Positions 51,001 through 62,946 are shown, numbered from the stretch's first letter. The stretch: DNA of 64,000 nt from Thermodesulfobacteriota bacterium (GCA_963675595.2 CAXXLZ010000002.1:2592001-2656000), one strand, 5' to 3'. Numbers and translations are program-made. Notes: generated from the sequence alone by a model not told the origin.

Positions 51001-51666
51001 CTGACCGGCCCGAAGCCGGACGCGGTTCTTCGAATTGCGGCCGAAGAGTACAGATTCCTGCTGAGCCGAGGTTATCCCCGGGATGCTTCCCTTACTCTGG
51101 TAGGCAATCGGCATGCGCTCTCTCTTGAGCGACGGCAACTGCTCAGACGTGCGGTGGTTTCCAGTGAAGCCGCTGCAAGCCGCAAAAGCAAACTCCGCTT
51201 TCTGAATGAGCTTGCAGGCGGGACCCTTGCGATCGACGGCTTCAACGTGCTGATTACTCTGGAGGAAATTCTGAGGGGAAGCCCCCTTGTTCTCGCTGAT
51301 GACGGTGTGGTTCGGGATATCTCAGGCCTTTCCTCCGCTTATCGTCCCGATCCGGAAGGTCGCACGGGCGAAGCCTTTGATCTGATCTTTTCCGCACTTG
51401 ATGAAGCGGGTCCTCAAAAGGTGTTCTTCGGATTTGAAAAAAACATGAGCGGGAGTGGAATACTCACCACCCATGTCCGTGAGCGTTTGAATGCCAGCGC
51501 CATCCGGGGGGACGCATCCACTCTTCAATCCGTCATCAAGACTCTTCCGTTTTTCGGCGACGTTATCGTCTCCGGAAACTCCGCACTGCTGGATCGCGCC
51601 GATCATGTATTCGATCTCGCGGGATTCTTGGCTCGCCGCAAGGGAGTCCTTCCCCAACCATTTTGA
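51001..51666 (+). CDS. DUF434-family (PIN-like) protein; start codon uncertain
   Basis: In-frame N-terminus AAEEYRFLLSRGYP...LVGNRHAL upstream of the called GTG 51154; IDGFNVLITLE, DDGVVRD. Confidence 0.7.
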   Translation: MTGPKPDAVLRIAAEEYRFLLSRGYPRDASLTLVGNRHALSLERRQLLRRAVVSSEAAASRKSKLRFLNELAGGTLAIDGFNVLITLEEILRGSPLVLADDGVVRDISGLSSAYRPDPEGRTGEAFDLIFSALDEAGPQKVFFGFEKNMSGSGILTTHVRERLNASAIRGDASTLQSVIKTLPFFGDVIVSGNSALLDRADHVFDLAGFLARRKGVLPQPF

Positions 51667-51704
51667 ATGAATTCAGCAGCCCCGATTTTTCCCGGAGGTA
51701 CTGA

Positions 51705-52028
51705 ATGAAATATTTCAACCTATTCGATCCACCGTCTTCCACGCTCGATGAAGAGCGGTTTGAGACCCTCGTGCGCGGCGAGGGCATCTTGATTGAGAGA
51801 ATCCTGTCCAAGGGCCGGGCAACCCCCGAAAATCAATGGTACGACCAGGAACGCGACGAATGGGTCGCCGTGTTGCAGGGAGAAGCGATCCTCACCTATG
51901 ACGACGGGCGTTCGCTGCACCTCGGCCCGGGCGATCACGTGTTGATCCCCGCCCATACCCGACATCGCGTGGAGTGGACAAGCACGGAGCCCGTCTGCAT
52001 CTGGATCGCCGTTCATACTCATCTATGA
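51705..52028 (+). CDS. cupin-domain protein
   Basis: IERILSKG...WYDQERDEWV.VLQGEA...GD...IPAH.RHRVEWT. Confidence 0.88.
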   Translation: MKYFNLFDPPSSTLDEERFETLVRGEGILIERILSKGRATPENQWYDQERDEWVAVLQGEAILTYDDGRSLHLGPGDHVLIPAHTRHRVEWTSTEPVCIWIAVHTHL

Positions 52029-52100
52029 TGTGAGCCAAGCGCCCACGTTCATGCCTCTCTCTCCCCCACCGAACGCAGGCTCGTGCCGGAAAGGATCTCC

Positions 52101-52646
52101 ATGAAACTGCTCATAGGCTGCCTCATCGTCTTCTTCCTTCTGTGGGATTTGTTCTGGATGTTTTTGGGGATCAATCCAATGCCCCCCTGGCAGCTTGCCG
52201 GCCGCTTGAAGAGCTCGGCCGATCCCCCCGTGCTGTTGGACGTCAGGACCGCAACGGAATACAAGTGGTTCCATATTAAAGGCGCCCGAAATACTCCCGA
52301 ACTGTTTTTCAACATTGACGCTCTTCGAGGCGTGCCCAAGGACTCCCCCATCGTGGTGATCTGCATGTCCGGACACCGATCCGAGATTGTGGCGTACCTC
52401 CTCAAACGTGAGGGTTACGGCAATGTGAGCAACCTCACCTGGGGGATGCTCGGTTGGAAGCTTCTAGGTAAAAAGACCGTTTCAGGGGAAACCCCCGAAC
52501 CGGACACCATGCTCCGGGAGGCGTTTCGCGGCGTCCGTTCCCCTGCCCGAATTGTTCGGGCTGGAACCGCAACGAGGGAACAATCTTGCAGAGCCGAATC
52601 GGAAGCCTGCGGGACTCCGAAACTTTGGAGGGCGACATGGATTTAA
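52101..52646 (+). CDS. membrane-anchored rhodanese-domain protein
   Basis: LLDVRT..EY...HIKGA; VVICMSGHRS; GMLGW. Confidence 0.85.
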   Translation: MKLLIGCLIVFFLLWDLFWMFLGINPMPPWQLAGRLKSSADPPVLLDVRTATEYKWFHIKGARNTPELFFNIDALRGVPKDSPIVVICMSGHRSEIVAYLLKREGYGNVSNLTWGMLGWKLLGKKTVSGETPEPDTMLREAFRGVRSPARIVRAGTATREQSCRAESEACGTPKLWRATWI

Positions 52647-53149
52647 GGGTTTTCGAAAACATGGACGAAGCCGCTCTTCGGCGGTACCTGGAGTTTCTTC
52701 TCTGGCATTACCGTGTGGTCGATGCCTTTTGGTTTCTCTTGGTGGAGGAGGCCTATGGCCGCCCCACCGCTGAGAAGCTCAACGAACAGGTGTGGGACAA
52801 GGCGGCCGAATTGGGCGGAAGACGGATGGCCCGGGAATTCGAGCTGCCCGGGGAGGGATTGGCCCGCTTCGCTCACGCGCTTGAACTCTGGCCCTGGGCT
52901 GTTTTGGCGGGGTATGAAATCGAACAGACTCCACAAGGGCTCTTCGTATCCGTCCCGCATTGTCCGCCGCAGGAAGCCCGCACCAAAAGAGGAATGGGAG
53001 AATACGATTGCAGAGAAATGCATCGTCTGGAATTCGAGCGATTTGCCCGTGAAATCGACCCGGCGATTCAAGTGGAATGTCTTTTCGCCCCGCCGGACCC
53101 GCATCCGGAGGGACTTTTCTGCCGGTGGCGCTTCACCCTTGAGGTCTGA
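52637..53149 (+). CDS. DUF6125-like protein
   Basis: D..WFL.VE..YG...A...NEQVW; CPPQEAR; YDC; VECLFAPPD.HP...FCRWRF. Confidence 0.7.
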   Translation: MDLRVFENMDEAALRRYLEFLLWHYRVVDAFWFLLVEEAYGRPTAEKLNEQVWDKAAELGGRRMAREFELPGEGLARFAHALELWPWAVLAGYEIEQTPQGLFVSVPHCPPQEARTKRGMGEYDCREMHRLEFERFAREIDPAIQVECLFAPPDPHPEGLFCRWRFTLEV

Positions 53150-53211
53150 CAAATCAGCTCTTCTTGTTTCGCCTTGAAAAAGCCGAAGGCCATCTGTTAT
53201 CTATCGCCCAA

Positions 53212-54144
53212 ATGGAACAACTGGGCGCCGTCGATATTGGAACCAATTCGATCCGTCTCCTCATCGCCCCTCGCGGCGTGCCGGGACGGCCGTCTTTGAC
53301 CTTGAGGCGCATCACGCGGCTCGGCGCGTCCTTGGAATCTCAGGGGATCATCGGCCCCACGGAATGGCGGACCGGCCTCGCGGTGCTTCGAGAATATCGG
53401 GACGAGCTTGATCGATACGGTGTAGTATCCTATCGTGCCGGTGGTACTGCGGTGTTTCGTAGAGCGGGGAACGCCGAAGAGATTGTTCGGGATGCTCTAG
53501 AGCGCGCAGGTTTGGCCCTCGAGATATTAAGCGAGGAGGAAGAAGCCCGGTTATCAATGGCCGGCGTGCTGGATGCCTTGTCTCCAACCGTGGATTCCAC
53601 GGTCGTTTTCGACGTCGGCGGCGGCAGCACCGAGTTTATCTGCCTGAAAGAAGGCACTCCACCTGCGATCAAAAGCGTTGGGATAGGGGCTGTAACCCTG
53701 ACCCATCGTTTTCTCGACAGTGAGGACCCGCCGTCTCGGAAATCAATTCAGGACCTGGAATCGTTTCTCGACGGATGCTTATTCTCGGTGGCGTCCTGGA
53801 TTCGAGAAATCTTCCCCGTTATGGATTTCAGCCGAAACGGCTTGGTGGGTACGGCGGGCACAATTGCATCTTTGGCCGCCATGCTCCAAGAACTTGAGAA
53901 CTATGATCCCGCACGGATCAACGGCTACCGTATGGAGAGGCGCCGAATTGAAGGCCTGACCCGAACGATGTGCAGTCTGACCTCCGACCGTAGGGCCCTC
54001 CTCCCGGGAATGGAGCCGGGAAGGGTTGACATCATGGTGGCCGGGGCCCTCATCGTCATCGCCGTTATGAAGGCTCTTCAGGCGGAGGAAGTCGTTGCGG
54101 CGGACGCGGGACTGCTTGAAGGGCTTCTCCTGAGCATCTCCTGA
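53212..54144 (+). CDS. ppx: Ppx/GppA family exopolyphosphatase
   Basis: [35 protein letters not shown]. Confidence 0.9.
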   Translation: MEQLGAVDIGTNSIRLLIAPRGVPGRPSLTLRRITRLGASLESQGIIGPTEWRTGLAVLREYRDELDRYGVVSYRAGGTAVFRRAGNAEEIVRDALERAGLALEILSEEEEARLSMAGVLDALSPTVDSTVVFDVGGGSTEFICLKEGTPPAIKSVGIGAVTLTHRFLDSEDPPSRKSIQDLESFLDGCLFSVASWIREIFPVMDFSRNGLVGTAGTIASLAAMLQELENYDPARINGYRMERRRIEGLTRTMCSLTSDRRALLPGMEPGRVDIMVAGALIVIAVMKALQAEEVVAADAGLLEGLLLSIS

Positions 54145-54383
54145 ACCACGTTGCGGTTGCTTCCTCGAAAGCCTTTTCAACAAAGCCGTTTCCAGCAGGA
54201 TCCGACCCTCCGTATCGTTGCCGCCGCACGCCGTCCCCGGCATCGATGAGAGTGAGGTTTTTCCGTTTTCCGGCGGCTGAACCGAAAACAGACTATTTTT
54301 CCCTTGATCCCCGGGAATCGGACTGCCGTTCCCGGAACCGGTTCTCTTTATGTAAGGTCCGGTCATCAACATTTGGAGGCCCC

Positions 54384-55853
54384 ATGCAGCACGAACCCAT
54401 TCCGGAAGCTCTCACCTTCGACGACGTCCTGCTGCTCCCTTCGTATTCGGAAGTCCTTCCTAAGGACGTGGACGTCCGAACGCGTTTGAGCCGCAGAATT
54501 CAACTGAACATCCCTCTGACCAGCGCTGCGATGGACACGGTTACGGAATCGCGTACCGCCATCAGCCTTGCGCGCCAGGGCGGCATCGGATTTATCCACA
54601 AGAACATGCCCATCGAAACGCAGACCATGGAAGTGATCAAGGTGAAGAAGTCAGAGAGCGGCATGATTGTGGACCCTGTAACGGTAGGTCCGGAAAGAAA
54701 ACTGTCCGACGTATTGGACATCATGTCCAGATACCGCATTTCAGGAGTGCCGGTGGTCAATCAGGATCGGATCGCCGTTGGAATCATCACCAATCGGGAC
54801 CTTCGTTTCGAAACCAATCTCGACCAACCCGTCAGCGCGGTCATGACCAAAGAGAATCTGGTCACAGCCAGGCCGGGGATCACTCTTGAAGAGTCCAAGG
54901 CCCTTCTACACAAGAACCGCATCGAGAAGCTCTTGGTGGTGGACGAAAAAGGCAGGCTTCAGGGTCTGATCACCATCAAGGACATCATGAAAGTCCGGAA
55001 ATACCCCGAAAGCTGCAAGGACCAAATGGGGAGACTTCGCGTGGGCGCCGCGGTCGGGGTGGGGCCCGACCGGGAGGCACGGCTGGATGCCTTGCTCAAG
55101 GCCGAGGTGGACGTCATTCTCTTCGACTCGGCTCACGGTCATTCCAAAGGGGTGATCGAGGCCGTCCGGGACAGCAAACGGAACTTCCCCGACTTTGAAT
55201 GCGTCGCCGGCAACGTGGCCACGCCCGAAGGATTCAAGAAGCTGGTCGAGGCGGGTGTCGACGCGGTCAAAGTGGGTGTGGGACCGGGTTCCATCTGCAC
55301 CACTCGCGTGGTGGCCGGAGTGGGGGTTCCTCAGATTTCCGCCGTCATGAATTGCGCCCCCGTGGCCAAGTCCACCGATACGCCCCTCATCGCCGACGGG
55401 GGCATCAAATTTTCGGGCGACATCACCAAAGCCATCGCCGCCGGTGCCGATTCGGTCATGGTGGGCAGCCTCTTTGCCGGAACGGAAGAAAGCCCCGGTG
55501 AAACCATTCTTTTTCAGGGTCGATCCTACAAGGTATACCGAGGCATGGGCTCCATCGAGGCCATGAGAGCGGGAAGCGGCGACCGCTATTCTCAGAATGA
55601 GATTCTGCAGGAGTCCAAATTGGTTCCCGAAGGCATCGTGGGCAGAGTTCCTTATCGTGGGCGTCTCGACGCCACCATTTATCAGTTGGTGGGGGGGCTT
55701 CGCTCCGGTATGGGATATGTGGGATGCCGCAACATCCAAGAACTTCAGACGCTCAGCCGATTCATTAAGATCACCGCCGCCGGACTCAGAGAAAGCCACG
55801 TCCACGATGTCATCATCACCAAGGAAGCGCCCAACTATCGGGTGGAACAATGA
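54384..55853 (+). CDS. guaB: IMP dehydrogenase
   Basis: [20 protein letters not shown] pair, [17 protein letters not shown]. Confidence 0.98.
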   Translation: MQHEPIPEALTFDDVLLLPSYSEVLPKDVDVRTRLSRRIQLNIPLTSAAMDTVTESRTAISLARQGGIGFIHKNMPIETQTMEVIKVKKSESGMIVDPVTVGPERKLSDVLDIMSRYRISGVPVVNQDRIAVGIITNRDLRFETNLDQPVSAVMTKENLVTARPGITLEESKALLHKNRIEKLLVVDEKGRLQGLITIKDIMKVRKYPESCKDQMGRLRVGAAVGVGPDREARLDALLKAEVDVILFDSAHGHSKGVIEAVRDSKRNFPDFECVAGNVATPEGFKKLVEAGVDAVKVGVGPGSICTTRVVAGVGVPQISAVMNCAPVAKSTDTPLIADGGIKFSGDITKAIAAGADSVMVGSLFAGTEESPGETILFQGRSYKVYRGMGSIEAMRAGSGDRYSQNEILQESKLVPEGIVGRVPYRGRLDATIYQLVGGLRSGMGYVGCRNIQELQTLSRFIKITAAGLRESHVHDVIITKEAPNYRVEQ

Positions 55854-55902
55854 TCCTGAGCCACCGTTAGGCTGGTTCGGGGTTTGAGAGGCGATTGCTC
55901 GT

Positions 55903-57456
55903 ATGTCCGCCGTACACGACCAGAACATATTGATCCTGGATTTCGGGTCACAAACCACGCAGCTCATCGCCCGCAGGGTGCGAGAGCTGAAGGTTTATTG
56001 TGAAATTCATCCTTTCAGCATGACTCCCGAGGAAATCAGGGACTTCAATCCCCTCGGAATCATTCTTTCCGGTGGTCCGGCTTCCGTTTACCAGGAAGGC
56101 GCACCACGGGTCGGCGCCGAGCTCTTCGAGCTGGGCCTGCCGATTCTAGGCATCTGTTACGGAATGCAGATCATGACCTTTGCCCTCGGCGGCGTGGTGG
56201 CCGGCGCCCCCCACCGGGAGTACGGCTATGCTTCCATGACCGTGGACGACTTATCGGATCTATTTCGCGGTCTGGATTCTTCAGCGTCCCACGTTGTCTG
56301 GATGAGTCATGGAGACCGCATATCCGCTATGCCCGAAGGGTTTACGAGCCTGGCCCACACGGGAAATTCTCCCGTGGCGGCCATGGGACACAAGGGGAAG
56401 AAGCTCTATGGCGTCCAGTTTCATCCGGAGGTGATTCACACTCGCATTGGAACCGAGGTGCTCGAGAATTTCCTTTTTGGAATCTGCGGTGCCCAGCCCT
56501 TGTGGAACATGCGATCCTTTATCGAAGAGTCCGTGGAAGCCCTCGGTGAGCGCATCGGTGATGATCGGATCATTTGCGCCTTGAGCGGAGGGGTGGATTC
56601 CTCGGTTACGGCCGCTCTCCTCCATCAGGCTGTGGGAGATCAGCTCACGTGTGTCTTTGTGGACAACGGTCTCTTGAGGGCCGGTGAAGCTGAACGAGTG
56701 GTCAAGGTATTTCGCAACCACCTGGGCTTGGACCTTAGATTCATTCCGGCTGCCGAGGACTTTCTGAAACTGCTTAAAGGGGTGGAGGATCCGGAAAAGA
56801 AGCGAAAGATCATCGGTCACGAGTTTATCCGAATCTTTGAAGAAACGGCAAACGGCATCGGCGGGGTGAAATACCTGGCGCAAGGCACGCTGTATCCGGA
56901 CGTCATCGAATCCGTTTCGTTCAAGGGCCCTTCGGCCACCATCAAGACTCACCACAACGTTGGCGGTCTGCCCGAGCGCATGAACCTCGAACTGGTCGAA
57001 CCTCTTCGCGAACTTTTCAAAGACGAAGTGCGATTGGTGGGTGAAGAACTGGGTCTTCCGCACGAAATGGTCCACCGACATCCTTTTCCCGGGCCGGGAC
57101 TGGCCATCAGAATCTTGGGGGAAGTGACCCGGGAGCGGCTGGAAATTCTGCGAAACGCCGACCTCATCGTGCTCGAGGAAATGCGACGCTCAGGCTATTA
57201 CTCCAAGGTGTGGCAGTCGTTTGCGGTATTGCTTCCCGTTCGCACCGTTGGGGTGATGGGAGACGAGCGCACTTATGAGCATGTGGCCGCGCTGCGCGTC
57301 GTGGACAGCCAAGATGCCATGACCGCCGATTGGAGCCGGCTCCCTTATGACGTCCTGGGAAACATCTCCAACCGAATCATCAACGAGGTCAAAGGCATCA
57401 ATCGCGTGGTCTACGACATCTCCTCCAAACCCCCCAGCACCATCGAGTGGGAGTGA
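55903..57456 (+). CDS. guaA: GMP synthase (glutamine-hydrolysing)
   Basis: [35 protein letters not shown]. Confidence 0.98.
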   Translation: MSAVHDQNILILDFGSQTTQLIARRVRELKVYCEIHPFSMTPEEIRDFNPLGIILSGGPASVYQEGAPRVGAELFELGLPILGICYGMQIMTFALGGVVAGAPHREYGYASMTVDDLSDLFRGLDSSASHVVWMSHGDRISAMPEGFTSLAHTGNSPVAAMGHKGKKLYGVQFHPEVIHTRIGTEVLENFLFGICGAQPLWNMRSFIEESVEALGERIGDDRIICALSGGVDSSVTAALLHQAVGDQLTCVFVDNGLLRAGEAERVVKVFRNHLGLDLRFIPAAEDFLKLLKGVEDPEKKRKIIGHEFIRIFEETANGIGGVKYLAQGTLYPDVIESVSFKGPSATIKTHHNVGGLPERMNLELVEPLRELFKDEVRLVGEELGLPHEMVHRHPFPGPGLAIRILGEVTRERLEILRNADLIVLEEMRRSGYYSKVWQSFAVLLPVRTVGVMGDERTYEHVAALRVVDSQDAMTADWSRLPYDVLGNISNRIINEVKGINRVVYDISSKPPSTIEWE

Positions 57457-57457
57457 T

Positions 57458-60400
57458 ATGAGCTCAGCCCCGTTCGTCCACCTGCACGTTCACACCCAAT
57501 ACAGCCTCCTCGACGGGGCCATCCGTTTCGACGACCTGTTTCAGCGCGCCCTCGACTTCAACATGCCTGCCGTGAGCATCACCGATCACGGCAATATGTT
57601 CGGTGCCGTGAACTTCTACAAGAAGGCCAAAGCCAAAGGTCTCAAGCCGATTATCGGATGCGAGGTCTATGTGGCTCCGGGCAGTCACCTGGACAAGGAT
57701 TCCGAAAAAGGCAAGGGCGGAAACTTTCATCTGGTCCTGCTGATTAAGAATTTGGAGGGTTATCGGAACCTCTGCAGGCTTCTGACGGCCGCGCATTTTG
57801 AAGGATTCTACTATAAGCCTCGCGTGGATAAGGAGCTCCTCCGGAACCACCACGAGGGCCTGATCGCCCTCAGCGCCTGCCTTCACGGGGAAGTGGCCAC
57901 CTTTGTCAACGCAGGCGATATGAAAAGAGCGGAACAGGCCGCGGCCGAATACGCCCAAATCTTCGACGAGGGCCGTTTCTACCTTGAACTCCAGGACAGC
58001 GGCATCCCTGAGCAGAAGACGGTGAACCGCGGACTGATCGAGCTTTCCCGTAATTTAGGCCTACCCATGGTGGCCACCAACGACTGCCATTATCTTGATC
58101 GGGAAGACGCAAGGGCTCATGAGATTCTCCTCTGCATACAAACGGGAAAAACCATTGAAGACGAGAATCGCATGCGTTTCGCCACGGACGAACTGTACTT
58201 CAAGTCTCCGAAAGAAATGGCCGCTACTTTCGGGCAAGTACCCGACGCTCTTGAAAACTCGCTTCGCATTGCCGACCAGTGCAACCTGGAGCTTGAACTG
58301 GGCGAACACCATTTTCCCCTCTTCGAAGTGGCCCCCGGACAAAACGTGGAGGACCTTTTTGAAAAGGAGTGCCGCACCGGCCTTGAAAAGCGTCTGGCTG
58401 AGCTGAAAAACATCCGTCCCGATTTCGGGGAGCAAGACGTCCAAAAATACTGGAACCGGCTCGAAATCGAACTGGACGTCATCAAGAAGATGGGCTTTCC
58501 CGGGTATTTTCTCATCGTTTCGGACTTCATCAGTCATGGGAGGGGAAACGGATGCCCCGTGGGTCCCGGCCGCGGTTCCGCCGCCGGAAGTCTGGCGGCC
58601 TATGCCATGGGTATTACAAACATCGACCCTCTGCCCTACAACCTGTTGTTCGAGCGTTTCCTGAATCTGGAACGCAAAGCCATGCCCGACATCGACGTGG
58701 ATTTCTGCATGACCAACCGGGACAGGGTTATCCATTACGTGTCCGACAAGTACGGCGGTCAGGAGCGGGTCGCCCAAATCATTACCTTCGGTTCCATTAA
58801 AGCGCGGGCCGTGATCAGGGACGTGGCCAGGGCCCTGAACATGCCATACGGCGACGCGGATCGGATCGCGAAGCTCATCCCCAACAAACTGAACATCACG
58901 TTGGCCGAAGCCATCAAGCAGGAGCCTCGGCTCAAAGAACTGGTGGACAAGGACCCCAAGGTTAAGGAACTCATTGAGATCGCCATGCGTCTTGAGGGTT
59001 TGCCCAGACACGCATCCACCCACGCCGCCGGCGTTGTTATTTCCGATAGACCGCTCACCGAGTACATGCCTCTGTACCGCGGGGCCAACGGCGAAGTCGT
59101 GACCCAATACGACATGAGCTGCGTTGAAGAAGTGGGGCTGATCAAGTTCGACTTCTTGGGGCTCAAAACGCTGACCGTGCTTGAATTGGCTTTGGACCTG
59201 ATTCGCAACAGAACCGGGGAACGGCTCGATCTGAGCCGAATTCCTTTGGATGACGAACCCACCTATCGTCTTCTTTGTTCGGGAGACACCACCGGCGTGT
59301 TCCAGCTTGAAAGCTCGGGCATGAAGGAGCTCCTGGTACGGCTGAAACCCATCTGTTTTGAAGACGTTGTCGCTCTTGTGGCTTTGTATCGGCCGGGTCC
59401 CATGGAAAGCGGAATGATCGACGACTACATCCGCAGAAAGCATGGACAGACCGAGGTCAAGTATCTGCTTCCTCAGCTCGAAGCCATCCTGAAAGACACC
59501 TATGGCGTAATCGTCTATCAGGAGCAGGTCATGCAGATCGCCAGCGCGTTGGCCAGTTACAGCCTTGGAGAGGCCGACATCCTGCGGCGCGCCATGGGGA
59601 AGAAGAAGCCGGAGTACATGGCGAGAGAACGTGAGCGCTTCATGGACGGAGCCTCCAAAAACAACATCGATCCGAACAAGGCCGCCACCGTGTTCGACCT
59701 CATGGCCAAATTCGCCGGGTACGGGTTCAACAAATCTCACAGCGCCGCCTATGGCCTCATCGCCTACCAGACGGCCTACCTGAAGACGCATTACCCCGTC
59801 GAATTCATGACCGCTCTCTTAACCTGCGACATGAACAATACGGACAATGTGGTCAAATTCATCTCGGAATGCAAAGACCACGGCATCCCCGTGCTCCCTC
59901 CCGACATCAATGAAAGCCGACGAGAGTTCACTGTGGTGGACCAGAGAATCCGTTTCGGTCTGGCCGCGGTCAAAAACGTAGGCGGGGGTGCCATAGATGC
60001 CGTACTGGAATGTCGGGAAGAAGGAGGCCCCTTTTCCTCCATCTACGATTTCTGTGAACGGGTGGATCTGAGACGTGTCAACCGACGGGTCATAGAGAGC
60101 CTGATCAAGGCCGGCGCTTTGGACTCCTTGAACGCCAAGCGTTCTCAACTTACCGCGGCCCTGGATGAAGCCATGGACCGAGCTCAGCTCCTTCGGAAGG
60201 ACAAGGACAACGGACAGCTGAACCTGTTCGACATGGTGAAGGATCAGTCCGACGCGAGTCCTGTTATGCCCGATCTTCCCGATATCGAGGAGTGGAGCGA
60301 GAAGAGAAAGTTAGCGTTTGAAAAAGAGGCGTTGGGATTTTATATTACGGGGCACCCTTTGGACAGGTTTGGGCAGGAGATTCAACTGTTCACCACCACG

Positions 60401-60946
60401 GATTCTCAAAGAGTCCAAGAACGAGCCGAGAATGAGCAGGTCCGCATAGCGGGAGTGCGCACGACGACCAAATTCACCACTACCAAGAAAGGCGATCGGA
60501 TGGCCTTCCTCACTCTCGAGGACAAGCTGGGAGGAGTGGAGGTAATCGTTTTCTCCGACACTTTCGATAGATGCGTGGAGCTGCTTGAGAGAGACGAGCC
60601 TCTTCTGGCAACCGGTACCGTGCGGCGCGACGAAAAGGGAGCCAAGTTGATCGCTTCCGACTTAATCTCTTTATCAGAGGCGCTTTCTCGGTTCGCGACC
60701 CGTGTGGAAATTCGACTCGTTGCGGAAAGTATTACGTCCGAACAATTATGGGCGCTTAAAGATATCATGACCTCTCATCGGGGAGAGTGCGAAACCGTGC
60801 TCAAACTCGGGAGCCCGGAAACCGGAGACCTCCTGTTCTCTATTCCTCGACACTATTGGGTCAGTCCCGACCGGGAGCTTGTTCGTGAAGTCAACGGGTT
60901 TCTCGGATATGAAGCGGTTTGGGCACACGCCGAATCGAATGCATAG
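57458..60946 (+). CDS. dnaE: DNA polymerase III alpha subunit
   Basis: FVHLHVHTQYSLLDG, GPGRGSAAGS, MPDIDVDF, KFDFLGL, GFNKSH. Confidence 0.98.
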   Translation: MSSAPFVHLHVHTQYSLLDGAIRFDDLFQRALDFNMPAVSITDHGNMFGAVNFYKKAKAKGLKPIIGCEVYVAPGSHLDKDSEKGKGGNFHLVLLIKNLEGYRNLCRLLTAAHFEGFYYKPRVDKELLRNHHEGLIALSACLHGEVATFVNAGDMKRAEQAAAEYAQIFDEGRFYLELQDSGIPEQKTVNRGLIELSRNLGLPMVATNDCHYLDREDARAHEILLCIQTGKTIEDENRMRFATDELYFKSPKEMAATFGQVPDALENSLRIADQCNLELELGEHHFPLFEVAPGQNVEDLFEKECRTGLEKRLAELKNIRPDFGEQDVQKYWNRLEIELDVIKKMGFPGYFLIVSDFISHGRGNGCPVGPGRGSAAGSLAAYAMGITNIDPLPYNLLFERFLNLERKAMPDIDVDFCMTNRDRVIHYVSDKYGGQERVAQIITFGSIKARAVIRDVARALNMPYGDADRIAKLIPNKLNITLAEAIKQEPRLKELVDKDPKVKELIEIAMRLEGLPRHASTHAAGVVISDRPLTEYMPLYRGANGEVVTQYDMSCVEEVGLIKFDFLGLKTLTVLELALDLIRNRTGERLDLSRIPLDDEPTYRLLCSGDTTGVFQLESSGMKELLVRLKPICFEDVVALVALYRPGPMESGMIDDYIRRKHGQTEVKYLLPQLEAILKDTYGVIVYQEQVMQIASALASYSLGEADILRRAMGKKKPEYMARERERFMDGASKNNIDPNKAATVFDLMAKFAGYGFNKSHSAAYGLIAYQTAYLKTHYPVEFMTALLTCDMNNTDNVVKFISECKDHGIPVLPPDINESRREFTVVDQRIRFGLAAVKNVGGGAIDAVLECREEGGPFSSIYDFCERVDLRRVNRRVIESLIKAGALDSLNAKRSQLTAALDEAMDRAQLLRKDKDNGQLNLFDMVKDQSDASPVMPDLPDIEEWSEKRKLAFEKEALGFYITGHPLDRFGQEIQLFTTTDSQRVQERAENEQVRIAGVRTTTKFTTTKKGDRMAFLTLEDKLGGVEVIVFSDTFDRCVELLERDEPLLATGTVRRDEKGAKLIASDLISLSEALSRFATRVEIRLVAESITSEQLWALKDIMTSHRGECETVLKLGSPETGDLLFSIPRHYWVSPDRELVREVNGFLGYEAVWAHAESNA

Positions 60947-61307
60947 CCGTTCTTTGGAATACCCCGTACCGCATACCGGGTTTCTCAACAACCCGACGAA
61001 AGCGTGGGTTGCAGACTGAACCTATAGAGGGTCCCTACTTTAGCCTATCTCGAGACCACCTGATTTGGGTGCTCCCGAGACGAGCAACGTTGGGACTTTT
61101 CCTTCGGGATGAAGGAAACCCTTGTGCCTGTGATCTCGAAGGGCCCGAGAAATGATCGTCCATATGATGGATTCGTTTAGCGCCCCTTGACCTATCGCCG
61201 AGGTTGCCGACATCGGAAAGGCAAATAGATCGTCAACTCCGGATCGCTCAAAAGCGGCCGAAAAATATATCGCGCGGAAGTACCGGGTTTTATCCCGAAA
61301 ACGATCC

Positions 61308-62021
61308 TTGATATCTTACGAGGTTCGAGTCAGGGAGACGGACCTGCTGATTCGTTCCCGTAAACCCTTGAGAGACTTGGCTGAACGAACCGTATACGAC
61401 CTGCGGTTGCAGCTGGAGGAGTACATCAGACAACGGCCCGAATTTCTCGAGAGTCTTTATCCCATCGAAGAAGACCTCTTCGCTCCTCCCGTGGCTCTCG
61501 ATATGATGCGGGCGTCGGCTTTGGCCGGTGTGGGACCCATGGCGGCCGTCGCCGGTGCCATCGCGCAACAAGTGGGACGGGCCTTGCTTTCCGAGGATCC
61601 CGATGTGATCGTGGAAAACGGGGGCGACATTTTTATCACAGGAACGGAACCCGTGACCATCGGTGTTTTTGCGGGGGAATCACCACTGAATCTGAGGTTG
61701 GGCTTGAAGATCATGCCGGAAAAGATGCCCCTCGGCGTGTGTACTTCCTCCGGAACCGTCGGGCATTCACTAAGTTTGGGAGCTGCGGACGCCGCGGTTG
61801 TGGTTTCCGCCCAGACGGCTCTTGCCGACGCTGCGGCTACCGCTTTGGGAAACCGCATTGCCGGAATCGGCGACTTGGCAGAAGGTGTACGATGGGCCTG
61901 CGGTATTACCGGGGTTTCCGGCGCCTTGGTGGTTTTGGCAAGCAAACTCGCCGCCGCTGGTGACTTGGAATTGGTTTATTTGGAGCCGTCCTCTAATCCA
62001 TCGGGCTTTGTCGGAGTTTAG
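61308..62021 (+). CDS. UPF0280 / ApbE-like protein
   Basis: ETDL, VGPMAAVAGAIA, ENGGDI, CTSSGTVGHSLSLG.ADA; start uncertain (frame open upstream to 61191). Confidence 0.85.
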   Translation: MISYEVRVRETDLLIRSRKPLRDLAERTVYDLRLQLEEYIRQRPEFLESLYPIEEDLFAPPVALDMMRASALAGVGPMAAVAGAIAQQVGRALLSEDPDVIVENGGDIFITGTEPVTIGVFAGESPLNLRLGLKIMPEKMPLGVCTSSGTVGHSLSLGAADAAVVVSAQTALADAAATALGNRIAGIGDLAEGVRWACGITGVSGALVVLASKLAAAGDLELVYLEPSSNPSGFVGV

Positions 62022-62023
62022 CA

Positions 62024-62533
62024 ATGGAAGTCATTTGGGCTCCCTGGCGTATGGACTATATTCTTCAAACCAACAAGCCCCAAGGCTGTATTTTCTGTGT
62101 TGAACGTGATGAAGCTCCCGAAGTGCTGCGGGACCGTCTCATCCTTTACGTCGGTGATCATTCATTGATTATCATGAACAGATACCCTTACAGCAATGGG
62201 CATCTCCTGGTGGCGCCCCTTAGGCATGCAGGGGCTCTGGAAGACCTTACCGAAGCCGAGTCTGCCGACCTGATGCGTCTGACTCGGTCCTGCGTATGCG
62301 TGTTGAAGGAAGTCATGAATCCCGGGGGATTCAATGTGGGAATTAATCTTGGCGGCACCGCCGGAGCCGGAGTGGAGGAACACCTTCATGTCCACATCGT
62401 GCCGCGTTGGGAAGGAGACAATAACTTTATGGCCGTGGTGGCCGATACCCGGGTCATTCCCGAACATCTCAAGATTACTTACGATAAACTTCTACCTCGT
62501 TTCCATGCCCTGAATGCGGGAGGAAAGAAATGA
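62024..62533 (+). CDS. HIT-family hydrolase
   Basis: WAPWRM.YI, CIFC, N.YPY..GH, HLHVHIVPRW. Confidence 0.93.
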   Translation: MEVIWAPWRMDYILQTNKPQGCIFCVERDEAPEVLRDRLILYVGDHSLIIMNRYPYSNGHLLVAPLRHAGALEDLTEAESADLMRLTRSCVCVLKEVMNPGGFNVGINLGGTAGAGVEEHLHVHIVPRWEGDNNFMAVVADTRVIPEHLKITYDKLLPRFHALNAGGKK

Positions 62534-62946
62534 AATACGTGCGGATCACCATTTACGCGCTGGTATTCGTCCTTGCGGTCGTTTTTATTCAACAGAACCT
62601 GGAATATTTTGCGCAGGATATAACGATTCGTCTCAACCTGCACTACTTCCGGTTCTCGAGTATGCCGATTCCGATCTACGTGCTGCTCCTTCTGTCCTTT
62701 CTCGCCGGAGTCATCATCGCATCTCTTTACGGCGTCATGGACCGAATTCGAACGAAAAGTCGTCTCCGCTCCGAGTGTCGTGAGCGCGCGCGACTCCAGA
62801 AAGAGCTTGAATCTCTCAAGCCTTCGGAGACCGCCGTCATCAAATCCGTAGACACTCCCTCCGTCCCTTCCGAATCCGGTTCTTCGCCGCAGGCTCTTGA
62901 GCTTCGAACCGAAACGGAAACCGACAAAAAGGATCAGGTCGACTGA
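62530..62946 (+). CDS. LapA (DUF1049)-family membrane protein
   Basis: Two TM helices with FIQQN motif, then a coiled-coil. Confidence 0.7.
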   Translation: MKYVRITIYALVFVLAVVFIQQNLEYFAQDITIRLNLHYFRFSSMPIPIYVLLLLSFLAGVIIASLYGVMDRIRTKSRLRSECRERARLQKELESLKPSETAVIKSVDTPSVPSESGSSPQALELRTETETDKKDQVD

